Origin: Somniosus microcephalus
Lineage: Eukaryota
Assembly: GCA_052327205.1 (NCBI GenBank)
Contig: CM126209.1
Coordinates: 144,150,001 to 144,214,000 of the forward strand
Direction of reading: 5' to 3'
DNA: 64,000 nt
The notes beneath the pieces are model-generated. The model had not been told where the DNA came from, did no database searches, and saw only the letters and a program-made list of their open reading frames with translations. This document shows positions 24,490 to 38,845 of the stretch, in pieces. Positions within the stretch are counted from its first letter, which is position 1; the number at the start of each line of letters is the position of its first letter. Both the position numbers and the translations under genes were made by a program.

Positions 24490-25784
24490 ACCTAACCAAT
24501 GCTTTGTATAAATTCATCAATATTTTAATTAATGTACTCTTAAGGCATTAATTATAAAAACAAAAATTCAATTGGCCCTTTTTACAGCTTTATCTGCCTG
24601 CACTTTCAGCGATTATATATTTCATCCCCTAGATCTCTTCATCCACACCTTGTGTTTTTTCATTAAGTACTCTCATTCTTTGCTTTTTGCCCCACAAACC
24701 TAACACTTATCGCATTAAATTACATTTGTCACCTGTCTGCCCACTCTGCTAACCAGCCCATGTCTTCCTGAAGTCTTTCACAGTCCTCTTCACTGTTTGC
24801 CAAACCTCAAAGTTTGTGTCCTCAGCAGATTTCATATACCCAAGCCATCTATATAACTGGAGCCAGCACTGACCCCAGGATATACCACTTCCAACTCTTC
24901 TCTAGTCTGAACACCCATTTACCCTAGCTCTTCATTTCCTGTCTATCAACTGACTTTCTATCCATGCTGCTACATAGGGGCAGATTGACCGGACAGGAAA
25001 CGGGGAGAATGGCCGCGCGAATGCTTCCACGGCGCTGTATTTATCGACACCCACTTTTTCCGAATCGCGAAGAATCCCGCACTGAGCCTCAGTCCACCCC
25101 TGCTGGGGCTGCATTTCCTTTTAAACCGAACGCCTGGCTTTTTCTATTAAGCCTCTCATGAAATACCTTACCAAACACTCCTTAAAAATCCACCTACCTT
25201 TTATCTATCTCTTCACTCATTTCTTCAAAAACAAACCTGTACCAACTTTCAATATTCATGATTATCTTTAGTATTGCTGGTCTAACTTTATCATATACAT
25301 TCATTTTAAGTTCAGATTCGTTTCAATATATCTGTTTATCCACAGAACTCGATACTTTGATGCACCTTTTTTTTTTGCCTTGTCCGAATATATTTATTTC
25401 GCACTCTATGTATCTCATCTGTCGATCTGTTTGCTGTTTTTTCTGCTCTTTGGTTCGCATCCCTTCTTATCTCGCTGAATTTTGCCTTTTTCCAGTCCAG
25501 CGCCCTTAACTTTGACTCTTCATTATCTTATCATCTATTTTGCCGCCTTCTTGGCGCTCCAAAAATCTCAAAACACTTGCTGACAACGGAATATAATTAT
25601 TCTATATTTATGAAAGCTTTTTTCACAACAGTAGATTCTTAGCTTTATAGCACCACGCTATACAAATGTGAATTCACACCTCAGCAATTGGGACTACACA
25701 TTTCAAAAAAAGCTGTTTAAAAATAATTTAATTCAAATTCTTAAGGATAATCTCAGTTTTGGGAAAGCTATAAACAAATATGGT

Positions 25785-26020
25785 CGCCAGAGAGTGGTGA
25801 ACCTGGGGAATTCTCTACCACAGGGCGGTGGAGGCCAGTTCATTAAATATATTCTAGAAGGAGATGGATACATTTCTTAAGGCTAAAGGGATCAAGGGGT
25901 ATGGGGAGAAGGCAGGGACCGGTACTGAATGTGGATGATCAGCCATGATCGCATTGAATGGCGGAGCAGGCTCGAGGGGCCGAATGGCCTACTCCTGCTC
26001 CTATCTTCTATGTGTCTATG
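25785..26020 (+). mobile_element. Young CR1-type 3' fragment
   Basis: Nearly identical to copies at 32.07-32.3, 38.70-38.85 and 48.01-48.24 kb. Confidence 0.85.
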
Positions 26021-26082
26021 GTCTAGACACGCAGAATGGCCTATTCGAAGGTATTTCAGTTTAAGCACAATGTCGGTGATAA

Positions 26083-26205
26083 GGGTCCCAGACTTGAAAC
26101 GTTAACTGTTTCTCTCTCTACGGGTGCTGCCTGGCCTGCTGAGTGTTTCCAGTATTTTCTGTTGTTATTTCAGATTTCCAGCATCCGCAGTATTTTGCTA
26201 TTGCA
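26083..26205 (+). mobile_element. Penelope-derived fragment with TSD
   Basis: gggtcccagacttgaaacgttaact...catccgcagtattttgc is flanked by the direct repeat tcggtgataag. Confidence 0.8.
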
Positions 26206-27502
26206 TCGGTGATAAGTTGCGGTGTTATCCCTCATACTCACAACACAGGCTTCAATTGTTAAACTATAGTTAAGTGTTGTCAGGAGACTGTTGCGGGCAC
26301 TTCAGTCAAAGCAACTTTCTTAAAACAAAATCTGGCCCCAAGATCAAATATAAACCGATAACATTTGGAACTTGACATGTTCTTTTTAAATGGAAACACA
26401 TCTTTGTTGGACATTTTTATCTTGTGTGTTTTTTTTAAAAACACCGGCTAAAGGTTAGGGAATGAACGTTCCTTAAGCTTTCCAAAGCAAAGGACCAGGG
26501 CAGGAACACTGCTCCTAACCAGATTCCTCCTACACTTAAGTTTAGTCAAAGGCCGACTTCTTTGAAACCTGTGGTCCTGCATTCTTCAATCACCTCATGC
26601 CGACGCCGTGTTTAACTGCAAGTGACGACTTATTAACCGTAGCTCTGATAATGTCTTATTCAAGCAAGTTTGGGCGCTGAATGAACTCGGATATATGTTT
26701 TACATCCGATTTGTGTACACACACACACACATCGGCAGTAAATTTAACACTGTCTGACTCCGATCGGCAAATACTGGTGATATTAAAAGGAGGTTTACTT
26801 GTAACAAGATCCAGCAGTATTTTTAAACGAACTGGACTTCTCACTTATTTCCGCTTGTTCAAGAATGACAATTGATCGAGTTGGATAACTCGGACATTCG
26901 CTCCTTCTGTCGGTTCCTGCTTTCAGCCATTCTGAAAAGTTTGATTTATGAGCAACGCCTGTGTTCAGTCTTAACATGCAGACTTCATCGAATCCTATTC
27001 TATTCACTAAATAACCGGATTTTCTAAAAAGTTTATTGATCTTCAAATACTTTTTAAATTGTCCAACTACAACAGACCCCAGTTTGCGGTGATATTTCCA
27101 TTCTCCTGTCGGTCTCTCTCGAGACATTCCTTATTCCATCTGAATGTTAAATGTGAGAAGGCGCAAAACAAATAGCGACGTCGCTCTAACCCCACAGAAC
27201 TGTGATTTGTAACAAAAACTAGAAACATAATGGGTGTGAATTACATAACATTACAAAGACCGTTCAAATCTTTTTAATAAAACGAATTCAATTTTCATGA
27301 ATTTCTCTTAATTGACGGTTTAAATGGCTACATGTCCACTGAAAAAACTAGGAGTTGCAACTGCATGAAAACCTGTTAACTTTGTACATCACACTAAGCC
27401 GATCATCTGGATGTAACTTCAAGATTCGGTAGAGAAGCGTTTTCTCTTCAGTAACTCACTGCTGCCGCTGAATATATTCTTAATGTGAACGCAGTTTTAA
27501 AG

Positions 27503-27830
27503 AGCTTGTATTTAACGTCCAATCATATCCTCGAGAGGTCCGAAAGCACTTCACAGCCAACAGATTACTTTTGAAGTGCAGTCTCTATCGGCAAACGTCT
27601 AACCAATGAGTGAATGACGAGATAATAAGCCGTTAGTTGAGGGGGGAGCCAGGGCAGTGGACTCTAATTGGGAAACAGGTGGATCCTCAGTTTAACATCC
27701 CACCTGAAAGGCGGCTCTGACAATGCATCGCTCCCTCAGCACTGTGCTGTCAGTCTGGGTTATGTGCTCAAATCCTGGAGTGGGGCTTTAACTCTCAGCT
27801 TCTGGCAGAGAGAGAAAGCTACCAACTTAC
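27503..27830 (-). mobile_element. Degraded Deu-domain SINE (SacSINE1/AmnSINE1-like)
   Basis: aaagcacttcacagccaa...acttttgaagtg, cctcagtttaacatc, ctccctcagcactg and gtgctcaaatcctggagtgggg; reverse complement of the 47.5 kb copy. Confidence 0.65.
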
Positions 27831-27932
27831 ACTAATTGCTTAAAATATATTTTGCAGCAAGTAATTGTGTGGCTGGTATACTGTCGTATTTTTTGCCATG
27901 AAAACCATGGAAGCAGAGTGTCTGCTCAAAGA

Positions 27933-28385
27933 ACACAAAAGCAAAATACCGTGGATGCTGGAAATCTGAAATAAAAACAGAAAATGCTGGAAATACTCAG
28001 CTGTGGACCTGAAACAATAACGTTCTTTCTCTCTCTACAGATGCTGCCTGACCTGCTGAGTATTTCCAGCATTTTTTGTTCTGCTCAAAGAACAGTTGGC
28101 TGATGAAAACGTAGTCGAGATTTAGGACAACAATTGCTGGAATAGTTTCCCGAAGACTGGACGTGAGAACATAGAATGATACAGCACAGAAGGAGGCCAT
28201 TCAGACCTCCCGGCTCTTTGAAAGAGCTATCCAATTAGTCCCACTCCCCTGCTCTTTTCTCCAAAGCCCTGATTTTTTTTCCCTTTTCAAGTATATATCC
28301 AATTACCTTTTGAAAGTTACTACTGAATCTGCTTCTACCAGCCTTTCAGGCAGTGCATTCCAGATCATAACAATTCTGCGTAAAA
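27933..28385. mobile_element. Penelope-derived fold-back fragment (27933-28081) followed by a CR1 3' fragment (28167-28385)
   Basis: Inverted gaaaatgctggaaatactcag / ctgagtatttccagcatttt, then acatagaatgatacagcacagaaggaggccattc. Confidence 0.65.
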
Positions 28386-30074
28386 GATATGCTCACATAT
28401 TGAGGATTTAGTGCCTACCATGATTTGGTTACAGAGTCAAGCAGTTGTTGCTCAAGCTCTGCATCTCCAACTGATGGTGCCACTATTTGATGAGATGTAT
28501 GTGCCCATACTGTAGTCAGGATGGTGGCAATGCACTCACATATTTCATGGTGGGTCATGGTGCTGGTATATTATACACCAAGCGAAGGTTCAAATCCACA
28601 CTATCTCTCACGACCAACTACTGACTATTTTGCTTGGGGGGGGGGGGGAGGAAAGAGAAGAAAAGGTTATCAGGGTCTTTTGGGGTTCACATGGCTCCAA
28701 GATGACATATCCAGCTATGGGAGTGTAGAATTAAGTCAAGCCTCTGTGGCAGACTCAGTAAATGGATACCTAAGCCAGGCAGGTCTGCAGTATTCCAGGG
28801 TTCTGTTGAAGATTGCCTGGTAAACCTAGCTCACTAATAGAAAGTGGAGGGCTAGGATTTTTCCCACTCAGCCCGCACTAACTTTGAACTCAATGTCCTA
28901 AGGAGTAGGGCGGTCCTGTCTCAACAACTGCAGGAAGCCTACTACTGATTTGTGCTCATCAAAGTAGGAGATGTGGGTGCTAGGGAATGGAATCATCCAT
29001 TGCAGGCATCCATTTAACTCTCTGGCTTTAAACCCAGTGGTTTTACTGCACTACCAATCCCCACAAACCTTTTTTTAAATTCAAGTGCAAACATTTGCTT
29101 TGCAACAGCTCCAGTAATTCTGTAACTGCTGTGAGAGGTAGTATAACACCCAAAGCCCAATGCTGATTTAATTTCAGTTATTTTGCTGTGAAGTCAAGTG
29201 GGCAGTATAGCTGGCCTACTAATTCCAGAACAGAATTAAAAAGGAACAGGAAAACTTGTGCGATCAACAAATCCTAATTCAATTAAATGGGCTCACCCCA
29301 ACTTCCAACTATCTGAAGCTCTCATTTCATGTCTATAGGGCCCTAAACTCTTTTAGTGAAAGGCTGGAAAATGCCAGTTTTTTTCCATAATTTCCCCAAA
29401 GAGAAATAAAGCAACGAAAGTGGCAAAAGTCCATATTACAGGAAGGAAAGGCCACTACCATTTTTTTACCCCTCATTACTGCCTCCCCCACCCCATTTGG
29501 TCTAATTTCTTGCAATATAACTTAACAGTGGATAGGTTGCAGGAAATAACATTACCCCAGAGCTCTAATCTGGTATATTTATCAGGTTACTTTACATACG
29601 TTAACAGATGAACAGGAGAAAGGTCAAATGTATGGGACAAATTAGCGCACAAACTTAATCTAGGAACATTTTTTGGTTTGAAATGTTCTTTTCCTCTTAA
29701 AAAAAAAAAAATCATTTTTCACTGAGTAAATTGTCAAGAAAATTGTAACTGCAGGACAAAAAATATATAAGTAAAGGCAATTAGCATATTTCAACTTCAA
29801 ACTTACAGAAACCAGAATCAAATTTTGTTTATGCAGTTATATATTCTATACAAAATTGGTTAACAAGTATATGCTAATTCAAAATGTTGCGATCGCTACA
29901 ATATTTCTCAAAACAATAGTAAACTTACTCTATGGGCTTTATGTCCAACTACACCTATAATTTGCTAATTTAAAGGTTTACGCATATAAAAACCTTAACC
30001 TTCCTTATGCTGACTGACATTTTAGTTTCTTTTTGACATCGCATTATTATACATATATAGATGTATCACACGAA

Positions 30075-31650
30075 AAAGGAACAGGAGTAGTTCATTCAGC
30101 CCCTCAAGCCTATTCTGCCATTCAATTAGATCATGGCTGATCTGTAACTCACATTCAGTTACCCGCTTTTGTTCCATATTCCTCGATATCCTTACGTAAC
30201 AAAAATCTATTGATTTGAGTCTTGAAAATTTCAAAACGACCCAGCACCCACAGCCTTTTGAGAGAGCAAGTTCCAGATTTCCACTATCCTTTGTGTGGAA
30301 AAAATGCTTCCTAATTTCACTCCTAAATGTCCTAAGCTCTAATTTTAAGATTATGCCTTTTTGTTCTGGATTCCCTCACTAGAGGAAATAGTTTCTCTAT
30401 ATTTTCCATATTGAATTCCTTAATCATATTAAATACCTTAATTAGATCACCTCTCAATCTAAATTCTAGCAAATACAACCCAAGTTTATGCAACCTGTCC
30501 TCATAATTTAACCCTTTAAGCCCTGGTATCATTCTGGTGAATCTGTGCTGCACCCCTTCCAAGGTCAATACATCTTTCCTGAGGTTCGGTGCCCAAAATT
30601 GAACAAAGTATTCTAAATGGGGTCTGACCAAGACATTCCATTTGTTTTTTTTTGTTACTTTTTGTACCTGTGCATTAGCTTTTAGTGATTTGCGTACACG
30701 GACATGTAAATCCCTTTGCTCCTCCACAGCTCCTGGTCTCTCACCATTAAGAACATATTCCGATTTGTCTTTCTCAGATCCAAAGTGGATGACCTCACAC
30801 TTCTCCACATTGAACTCCATCTGCCATAATTTTTCCCACTCACTGAATCTGTCTATGTCCTTTGTAACTTCCTGCTCCCATCCACACATCTTACTGTGCC
30901 TCCTAACTTCGTATTATATGCAAACTTGGATATACAACTCCCTATTTTTTCATCCAAGTCATTGATATATATGGTGAAAAGCTGCAGCCCCAGTAGAGAT
31001 CCCTGCAGAACACTTGTCAATCCCACCAATCAGAGAATAAACCCTTTATCCCTGCTCTGTCTCCAACCTCCCAGCCAATTACCAACCCATGTCACAAGGT
31101 TATCTCCAATTCCATGCACTCATTTTTGCTAATCATCACTTCTGCAGAACCTCATCAAATGCCTTCTGGAAGTCCATTAGACAATATCCAGACACTTTCC
31201 TATCCACTATGATAGTAACCTCCTCAAAACATTTAACTAGATTAGTCAGACATGACCTAGCCTTCACAAATCTATCCTGACTTTGATCAGTTCATACTTG
31301 TCCAAGTGCTCAGTCACTATCTCTGATGGTAGATTTCAGCAACATCCCCACAACTGATATTAAACGACGGGTCTGTAGTTGGACTAATAGGTCTATAATT
31401 TACTGTTTTTTCTCTCCTCCCTTCTTAAATAATGGGGTGACATTTACAATTTTCCAATCCACAGGGGCAATTCCTAGATCTAGCAAGCTTTGGAAAAGCT
31501 GCACTTTCCTCACCTATTTCTTTAATACCCTGGGCTGGAAACCATCAAGTCTTTGAGAATTGTCTATCTTAAGTCTCATTATTTTCTTATTTCCATTTTT
31601 TAAATAGATGTACTAAGGTCCTCCCCTTGACTTATTTTTAGGTTCCCTTG
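30075..31650 (-). mobile_element. CR1-type LINE, degraded RT
   Basis: ORF 30332-30889 (WQMEFNVEKCEVIHFG, VRPHLEY, LRGDLI) plus a 3' tail at ~30075. Confidence 0.92.
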
Positions 31651-31799
31651 TACTGCTGGTATTTTGTGCTCAATAATATGTACTTTGTAAGGTATTTCTT
31701 TTTAAATATTCAACACACAATCTAACCTATTGGAAATGCTGTCAAATTAACTTGTAACGAGAGCAGGGCACTTTGTTTCATATGACATTAATGAGAGTT

Positions 31800-34700
31800 C
31801 CCCAGGATAAGTCCTCACAAAATCCTCCTCACTAACATCTGGGGACTTGTGCCAAAATTGGGAGAACTGTCCCACAGATTAGTCAAGCAACAGCCTGACA
31901 TAGTCATACTCACAGAATCATACAATCGGGAGGGAGTGGTGCTGGGAGTCCCCAACATTGACTCTAGACTCCATGAAGCCTCGTGGCATCAGGTTAAACA
32001 TAGGCAAGGAAACCTCCTGCCGATTACCACCTACTGCCCTTCCTCAGCTGATGAATCAGTACTACTCAGAAACATAGAAGATAGGAGCAGGAGTAGGCCA
32101 TTCGGCCCCTCGAGCCTGCTCCGCCATTCAATGCGATCATGGCTGATCATCCAAGTTCAGTACCCTGTCCCTGCCTTCTCCCCATACCCCTTGATCCCTT
32201 TAGCCTTAAGAAATGTATCCATCTCCTTCTAGAATATATTTAATGTATTGGCCTCTACTGCCTTCTGTGGTAGAGAATTCCACAGGTTCACCACTCTCTG
32301 GGTGAAGAAATTCCTCCTCATTTCTGTCCTAAATGGCTTACCCCTTATCCTTAGACTGTGACCCCTGGTTCTGGACTCCCTGACCATCGGGAACATCCTT
32401 CCTGCATCTAGTCTGTCTAGTCCTGTCAGAATTTTAAGTTTCAATGAGATCCCCTCTCATTCTTCTAAACTCCAGTGAGTACAAGCCCAATTGTCCCAAT
32501 CTCTCCTCATACGTCATTCCTGCCATCCCAGTATCAGCCTGGTGAATCTTCGCTGAACTCCTTCCATGGCAAGAACATCCTTCCTCAGATAAGGCGACCA
32601 AAACTGCACACAATACTCAAGGTGTGGCCTCACCAAGGCCCTGTACAACTGCAGCAAGACATCCTTGTTCCTGTACTCAAACCCTCTCGCTACGAAGGCC
32701 AACATACCATTTGCCTTCTTAACCCCCTGCTGCACCTGCATGCTTACCTTCAGTGACTGGTGCACAAGGACACCCAGGTCTCGTTGCACTTCCTCTTCTC
32801 CCAATCTACTGCCATTCAGATAATAATCTGCCTTCCTGTTTTTGCCACCAAAGTGGATAACCTCACATTTATCCACGTTATATTGCATCTGCCATGCTTC
32901 TGCCCAATCACCCAACCTGTCCAAATCATCCAGTAGTTTCTCGGCATCCTCCTCACAGCACACACGCCCACCCAGTTTTGTGTCGTCTGCAAATCTGGAG
33001 ATATTACATCTAGTTCCCTTGTCTAGATCATTAATATATATTGTGAATAGCTGGGGTCCAAGGACCAATCCCTGCGGTACCCACTAGTCACTGCCTGCCA
33101 CTCGGAAAAAGACTCCATGTTGAACACCACTTGGAAGAAGCACTGAACGCAGCAAGAGCACAGAATGTACTCTGGGTGGGGGACTTCAATGTCCATCACC
33201 AAGAGTGGCTCAGTATCTCCAATACTGACCGAGTCCTGAAGGACACAGCTGCCAGACTGGGCCTGCGGCAGGTGGTGAGAGAACCAACACGAGGGAAAAA
33301 CCTACTTGATCTCGTCCTCACCAATCTACCTGTCATGCATGCATCTGTCCATGACAGTACTGATAGGAGTGACTACCGCACAGTCCTTGTGAAGACGAAG
33401 TCCCGTCTTCACACTGAGGACACCCTGCATCGTGTTGTATGGCACAACCACCGTGCTAAATGGGATTGATTCAGAACAGATCTAGCAGCTCAAAACTGGG
33501 CATCCATAAGGCACAGTGGGCCATCAGCAGCAGCAGAATTGTATTCTACCACAATCTGTAACCTCATGACCCAACATATCCCTCACTCTACCATTACCAT
33601 CAACCCTGGTTCAATGAGGAGTGTAGAAAAGCATGCCAGGGGCAGCACCAGGTGTACCTAAAAAGGAAGTGCCAACCTGGTGAAGTTGCAACACAGGACA
33701 ACATGCATGCTAAGCAGCAGAATCAGCATGCTAAAGACAGACCCAAGTAATCCCACAACCAATGGATCAGATCAAAGCTCTGCAGTCCTACCACATCCAG
33801 TCGCAAATGGTGATGGACAATTAAACATCAAACGGGAGCAAGAGGCTCCATGAATATCCCCATTCTTAATGATGGCAGAGCCCAGCATGAGTGCAAAAGA
33901 CAAAGCTGAAGCATTTGGAACTATCTTCAGCCAGAAGTACCGAGTGGATGATCCATATTGGCCTCCTCCCGAGGTCCCCACCACAGAAGCCAGACTTCAG
34001 CCAATTTGATTCACTCGACGTGATATCAGCTGAGCACATTGGATACAGCAAAAGCTATGGACAACATCCCGGCTGCCGTGCTTAAGACTTGTACTCTAGA
34101 ACTAGCCATGCCTCCAGCCTATCTGTTCCAGTACAACTACAACACTAGCATCTACCCGACAAAGTGGAAAGTTGCCCAAGTATGTCCTGTCCACAAAAAG
34201 CAGGACAAATCCAACCCGGCCAATTACCGCCCCATCAGCCTACTCTCAATCATCAGCAAAATGATGGAAGGGGTCGTCGTCAGTGCTATCAAGCAGCACT
34301 TACTCACCAATAACCTGCTCACCAGTGCTCAGTTTGGGTTCCGCCAGGACCACTTGGCTCCAGACCACATTACAGCCTTGGTCCAAACATGGACAAAAGA
34401 GCTGAATTCCAGAGGTGAGGCGAGAGTGACTGTCCTTGACATTAAGGCAGCATTTGACCGAGTGCGGGATCAAGGAGCCCTAGTAAAATTGAAGTCAATG
34501 TGAATCAGGGGGAAAACTCTCCACTGGCTGGAGTCTTACCTAGTACAAAGGAAGATGGTTGTGGTTGTTAGAGGCCAATCATCTCAGCCCCAGGACATCG
34601 CTGCAGGAATTCCTCAGGGCAGTGTCCTCGGCCCAACCATCTTCAGCTGCTTCATCAATGACCTTCCCTCCATCTTAAGGTCAGAAGTGGGGACGTTCGC

Positions 34701-35553
34701 TGATGATTGCACAGTGTTCAGTTCCATTCGCAACTCCTCAGATAATGGAGCATTTCGTGCCCACATGCAGCAAGACCTGGACAACATTCAGGCTTGGTCC
34801 GATAAGTGGCTGTAACATTTGCGCCATGCAAGTGCCAGGCAATGACCATCTCCAACAAGTGAGAGTCTAACCACCTCCCACTGACATTCAATGACATTAC
34901 CATCACCGAATCCCGCACCAGCAACATCCTGGGGGTCACCATCGACCAGAAACTTAACTGGACCAGCCACAAATACTTTGGCAACAAGAGCAGCTCAGAT
35001 GCTAGGTATTCTGCATCACCTCCCGACTCCCCAAAGCCTTTCCACCAGCTACAAGGCACAAGTCAGGAGTGTGATGGAATACTCTCCACTTGCCTGGATG
35101 AGTTCAGCTCCAACTCAAGAAGCTCAACACCATCCAAGGACAAAGCAGTTAGCTTGATTGGCAGCCAATCCACCACCTTAAACATTCACTCCCTCCATCA
35201 CCGTGGCTGCAGTGTGTACCATCTACAAGATGCAGTGCAGAAACTTGTCAAGGCTTCGACAGCACCTCCCAAACCTGCAACCTCTACCATCTAAAAGGAC
35301 AAGGGCAGCAGGCGCATGTGAACACCACCACCTCCAAGTTCCCCTCCAGTCACACACTATCCTGACTTGGAAATATATCACTGTTCCTTCATCGTCGCTG
35401 GGTCAAAATCCTGGAATTCCTACTAAGAACACTGTGGGAGTAGTGCAGCGGTTCAAGAACGTGGATCACCACCACCTTCTCAAGGGCAATTAGGGATGGA
35501 CAATACATGCTGGCCTTGGCAGCGACACCCACATCCCAGGAATGAATAAAAAG
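31800..35553 (+). mobile_element. Near-complete ORF2 region of a CR1/L2-clade LINE (APE endonuclease + RT), decayed
   Basis: PDIVILTES, WVGDFNVHH, NLLDLVLT, NYRPISLLS, LDIKAAFD, IPQGSVLGP and FADD motifs occur in successive + ORFs. The tail ends aatgaataaaaa. Confidence 0.93.
32069..33111 (-). mobile_element. Young CR1 LINE nested in the older LINE
   Basis: ORFs 32514-33068 (VLGPQLFTIYIND, FADDTKLGG, VRPHLEYC) and 32229-32444. The host sequence resumes in register (gatgaatcagtactactc...ctccatgttgaacaccac). Confidence 0.93.
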
Positions 35554-36305
35554 TGTTAAGAACCTATTTCAAACAAAACCTTAACATACTAGTTGAAAAA
35601 ATCAACTCACCAGAAGGTGATTGGCATCACGAATTGAGACCGCATATCTGAGGTTGGAATATGGAAACCTAATGTTTCATCACTGCACCTTGGCTCATAC
35701 AGCCTACTCACAGCTCATTAAAAATAATCCAAAGTGGACATTATTAGGCGCTGAGCTAAGAAATGGAAAGTTATGGTACCACGCACCATTCTTTGAAATA
35801 GTGAGGAAGAACTGACTCACCTGGAGGTGAGCTAATTTTTAAAAACGTTTTAAAATTAAAAACAAGGCCATCCTTTTAAATAAATACGTGAGAATTAGGC
35901 CACCGTCATGGATTCTCCAATATGCCAAGTTCTAAACTGCTGCTTTTTGTGAGTAATGATCAACACTGAAAAATTGAACACTTCATTTTGGGGACCCAGC
36001 ATGTGTATGAAACACTCTCAGGTTAGATGGCATGTATAGTCCTTTCTTCGCTGCCCCACCCTCTATTGGCCCAGTGTCATATTTTCAATATCCAAACCAC
36101 CCATTCTGTGACTAGAAACTGGGTTGAAACCACCCAAATTTACTTCACACAGGATCTTTACAGCCAAATCAAGGGAACTTACATCTCAGCTAGATTCAAA
36201 CACACTTCTTAGATATGAAAGGCTAGTGCAGCAACTTCTCTACTGCCCAATGTCACAAGCTAGAAAATGTTTCTACTGTAATTTTATTATCTAAAGATAC
36301 ATGTT

Positions 36306-36711
36306 TTTTTCAATTCATTCCCGAGATGTGGGCGTCACTGGCAAGGCCAGCATTTATGGCACATCCCTAATTGCCCTTGAGAAGGTGGTGGTGAGTCCGT
36401 GTTTATTATTGTTTCTTGTAGCAGTTTGGTACAACAGAGTGGCTTACTAGGCCATTTCAGAGGGCAGTTAAGAGTCAACATATAGGCCAGACTGGGTAAG
36501 GACGGCAGATTTCCTTCCCTAAAAAAATTAGGAAACCAGATGGGTTTTTACGACAATCCGGTAGTTTCAAGGTCACCATTACTAGCTTTTTATTCCAGCT
36601 AATTATTTAATTAACTGAATTTAAATTCCCCAGCTGCTGTGGTGGGACTTGAACTCACGTCTCCAGATCATTAGTCCAGGCCTCTGGATTACTAGTCCAG
36701 TAACATAACCA
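36306..36711 (-). mobile_element. tRNA-derived SINE with LINE-derived 3' tail
   Basis: The minus head has A/B-box-like gtggttatgttactgg...gagttcaagtccc. The tail (36306-36395) matches the LINE 3' end at 35465-35553. Confidence 0.8.
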
Positions 36712-38696
36712 CACTGGTTCAGTTATTTTACCTAGTTAGTAGCAGAGCCATGTTATCTCTATTGCCAGTTTGTGCTGAATTTGTTGATCTCAATCAGGAC
36801 ACCTTTTGGGAAACTATAATTGACCAGAGTTGGAAAATCAAATTGGCTTCCTGCTCTTCATAGCTATTTAGTTATCCCTACTAGAACTGAATGTTTTGGA
36901 ATGTCAGGTGAGAACAGGATCAGGCTAAGCTGTGATGCCCACTGCATTTGAATAGCTTATGGGAATATTATCAAAGCTTGCACATGAATAATTGGGGGGG
37001 GGGGGGGGGAAAGAGATAATGAGAGGATAGCCAACACCAAGGAAGCATACCCCACCAAGGAGTCAACACCTTTAGGAGGTAAGGGAGAAGGAATAAAAAT
37101 CTCCAAAGCTTTGACAACTCCAGAAGCTTGCAACATGTTGCCTTTTAAATCTTCTGCCAGCAAAGATCTAAAACTACATACTCATTGTCCCATCAATGTT
37201 AACCACAGCAGAACTCCAGGAATACACCAACAGTAAGTCAGCAAGCTACCACAAGCAGCCTAGTATTATGGCATCAGACTCTAAATCCAGGGGCTGTATT
37301 TGAATCCTATCTTGACTAGTCTATATTCAGATGCCTTGGCTAAGTTGCTGGACCACTGCATAACAGCAATGTTAATCATCCACTGGTAGGAGGAAGGAAA
37401 ACAAATCAGACCTAGCTCATAAAAGGTGCAATTCTTGTTGGCCAATCACACAAGTGAAGTTTGTTGGTGTCCAGAGATAAATCTGTGGCTCAAACCATCC
37501 CCTCATTACCAGGGAGAAGACACATTGGTACAAGAGGTAGCAATGAGACAGCCAAGTTGTTTTTTTTACTCCTTCAAGAAGCATTTTAGGTAGTCCCACT
37601 GACAATATGAGGGTGTAAAATGACTATTCTCTTAGTCCTAATTTTTCTATCTTAGTTTATTGCAACTATGGTGTTTGAAAGATTCTGCTCCTTAACCATA
37701 TTACTATTATGTGGTATGCTCCCTAAAAAGTAACATCTTATTCAAGTTTGCAGGGGTTGTGAAATTCCACAGCTGCAAAAAATGCACAGCACTGGAAAAT
37801 TATGCAATTTTTGTTGACTTTCTGGCAGATAGTTTGTATAGAGCCATTTTACAGTGGGAAAATAACTGGGACTGGGTGTGTCCAAGAGTTTTATACTATA
37901 AAGTTACATGATATTCCATTTCCCATACTACATAAAACCTAGCTTGCAAGACCATTTTCAGTTTTCTTTTCTTGTTCAACTGGAAGATTTTACTTTCTCA
38001 GTAGGATCAGTTCTAAATCTTTTCTGCTTTGGAATCTGATTATTCCAACTTGTGAAGCTTTGGCATCCTCAGTTTTCTGTGTTGATATATTGCTTTTTTT
38101 CCAATTAAAAGTGCTCCACTACATGCTCATATCAGGCTTCAAATATTGCACATCCTGTTGTGGGCTTTTCTGAACACAAGTAGTTTTTGCAGGATGCACC
38201 TGAACTCACCAGGAGTCTGTCTTCAGTCCAAACCTAAAATGAAGCACAAACACTCCAGATCAGAGAGATTCATCGAGCACCGTAAGAAATTGTAATTGGT
38301 TGCACCATCGGCTGTTTCAACACTAATTAAATCAGGATGTAAATTGTCTTTTATGAAGTATCAAGACTTTCCAATGACACAACTGTCTTTCCCGCTCTTG
38401 CCTCAAAACCGGAGTAGACTCTGGTAATACATGATGTTGCAGTAACCTCAGCAGATGCTAGATGGAGCCCTGGTATTGCATACATTTACTATCAAGTCTT
38501 CCATGGTTGTTCCAACCACAACCTTGGTCAGGAAGGTGTCATCAAGAGGAACCACTGACCTTGGATCTATAGTTGCCCTGGCTAACATTCATGAATCTAG
38601 CTAGGTCTTTGTTGCCTCTGCTCCGGCCAACATACATGGGCCACAAGCAACATTAGAGGTTCCCTGCATCCTCTTGAATCCTTTATCTTATGGAGG

Positions 38697-38845
38697 TTTC
38701 TATCTTAAGGCTAAAGGGATCAAGGGGTATGGGGAGAAAGCAGGGACCGGGTACTGAATTTGGATGATCAGCCATGATCGCATTGAATGGCGGAGCAGGC
38801 TCGAGGGGCCGAATGGCCTACTCCTGCTCCTATCTTCTATGTTTT
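38697..38845 (+). mobile_element. Young CR1 3' fragment
   Basis: Same subfamily tail: gaatggcctactcctgctcctatcttctatg. Confidence 0.85.

Larger units (their letters stand above)
23030..25540 (-). mobile_element. Old fragmented CR1-type LINE hosting a hAT insertion
   Basis: 3' tail near 23035 and RT remnants on both sides of 23553-24489. Near 25.3-25.5 kb the minus strand encodes KLRALDWKKAKFSEIRRD...EIHRVRNKYI, typical of the CR1 EN-RT linker. Confidence 0.65.
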
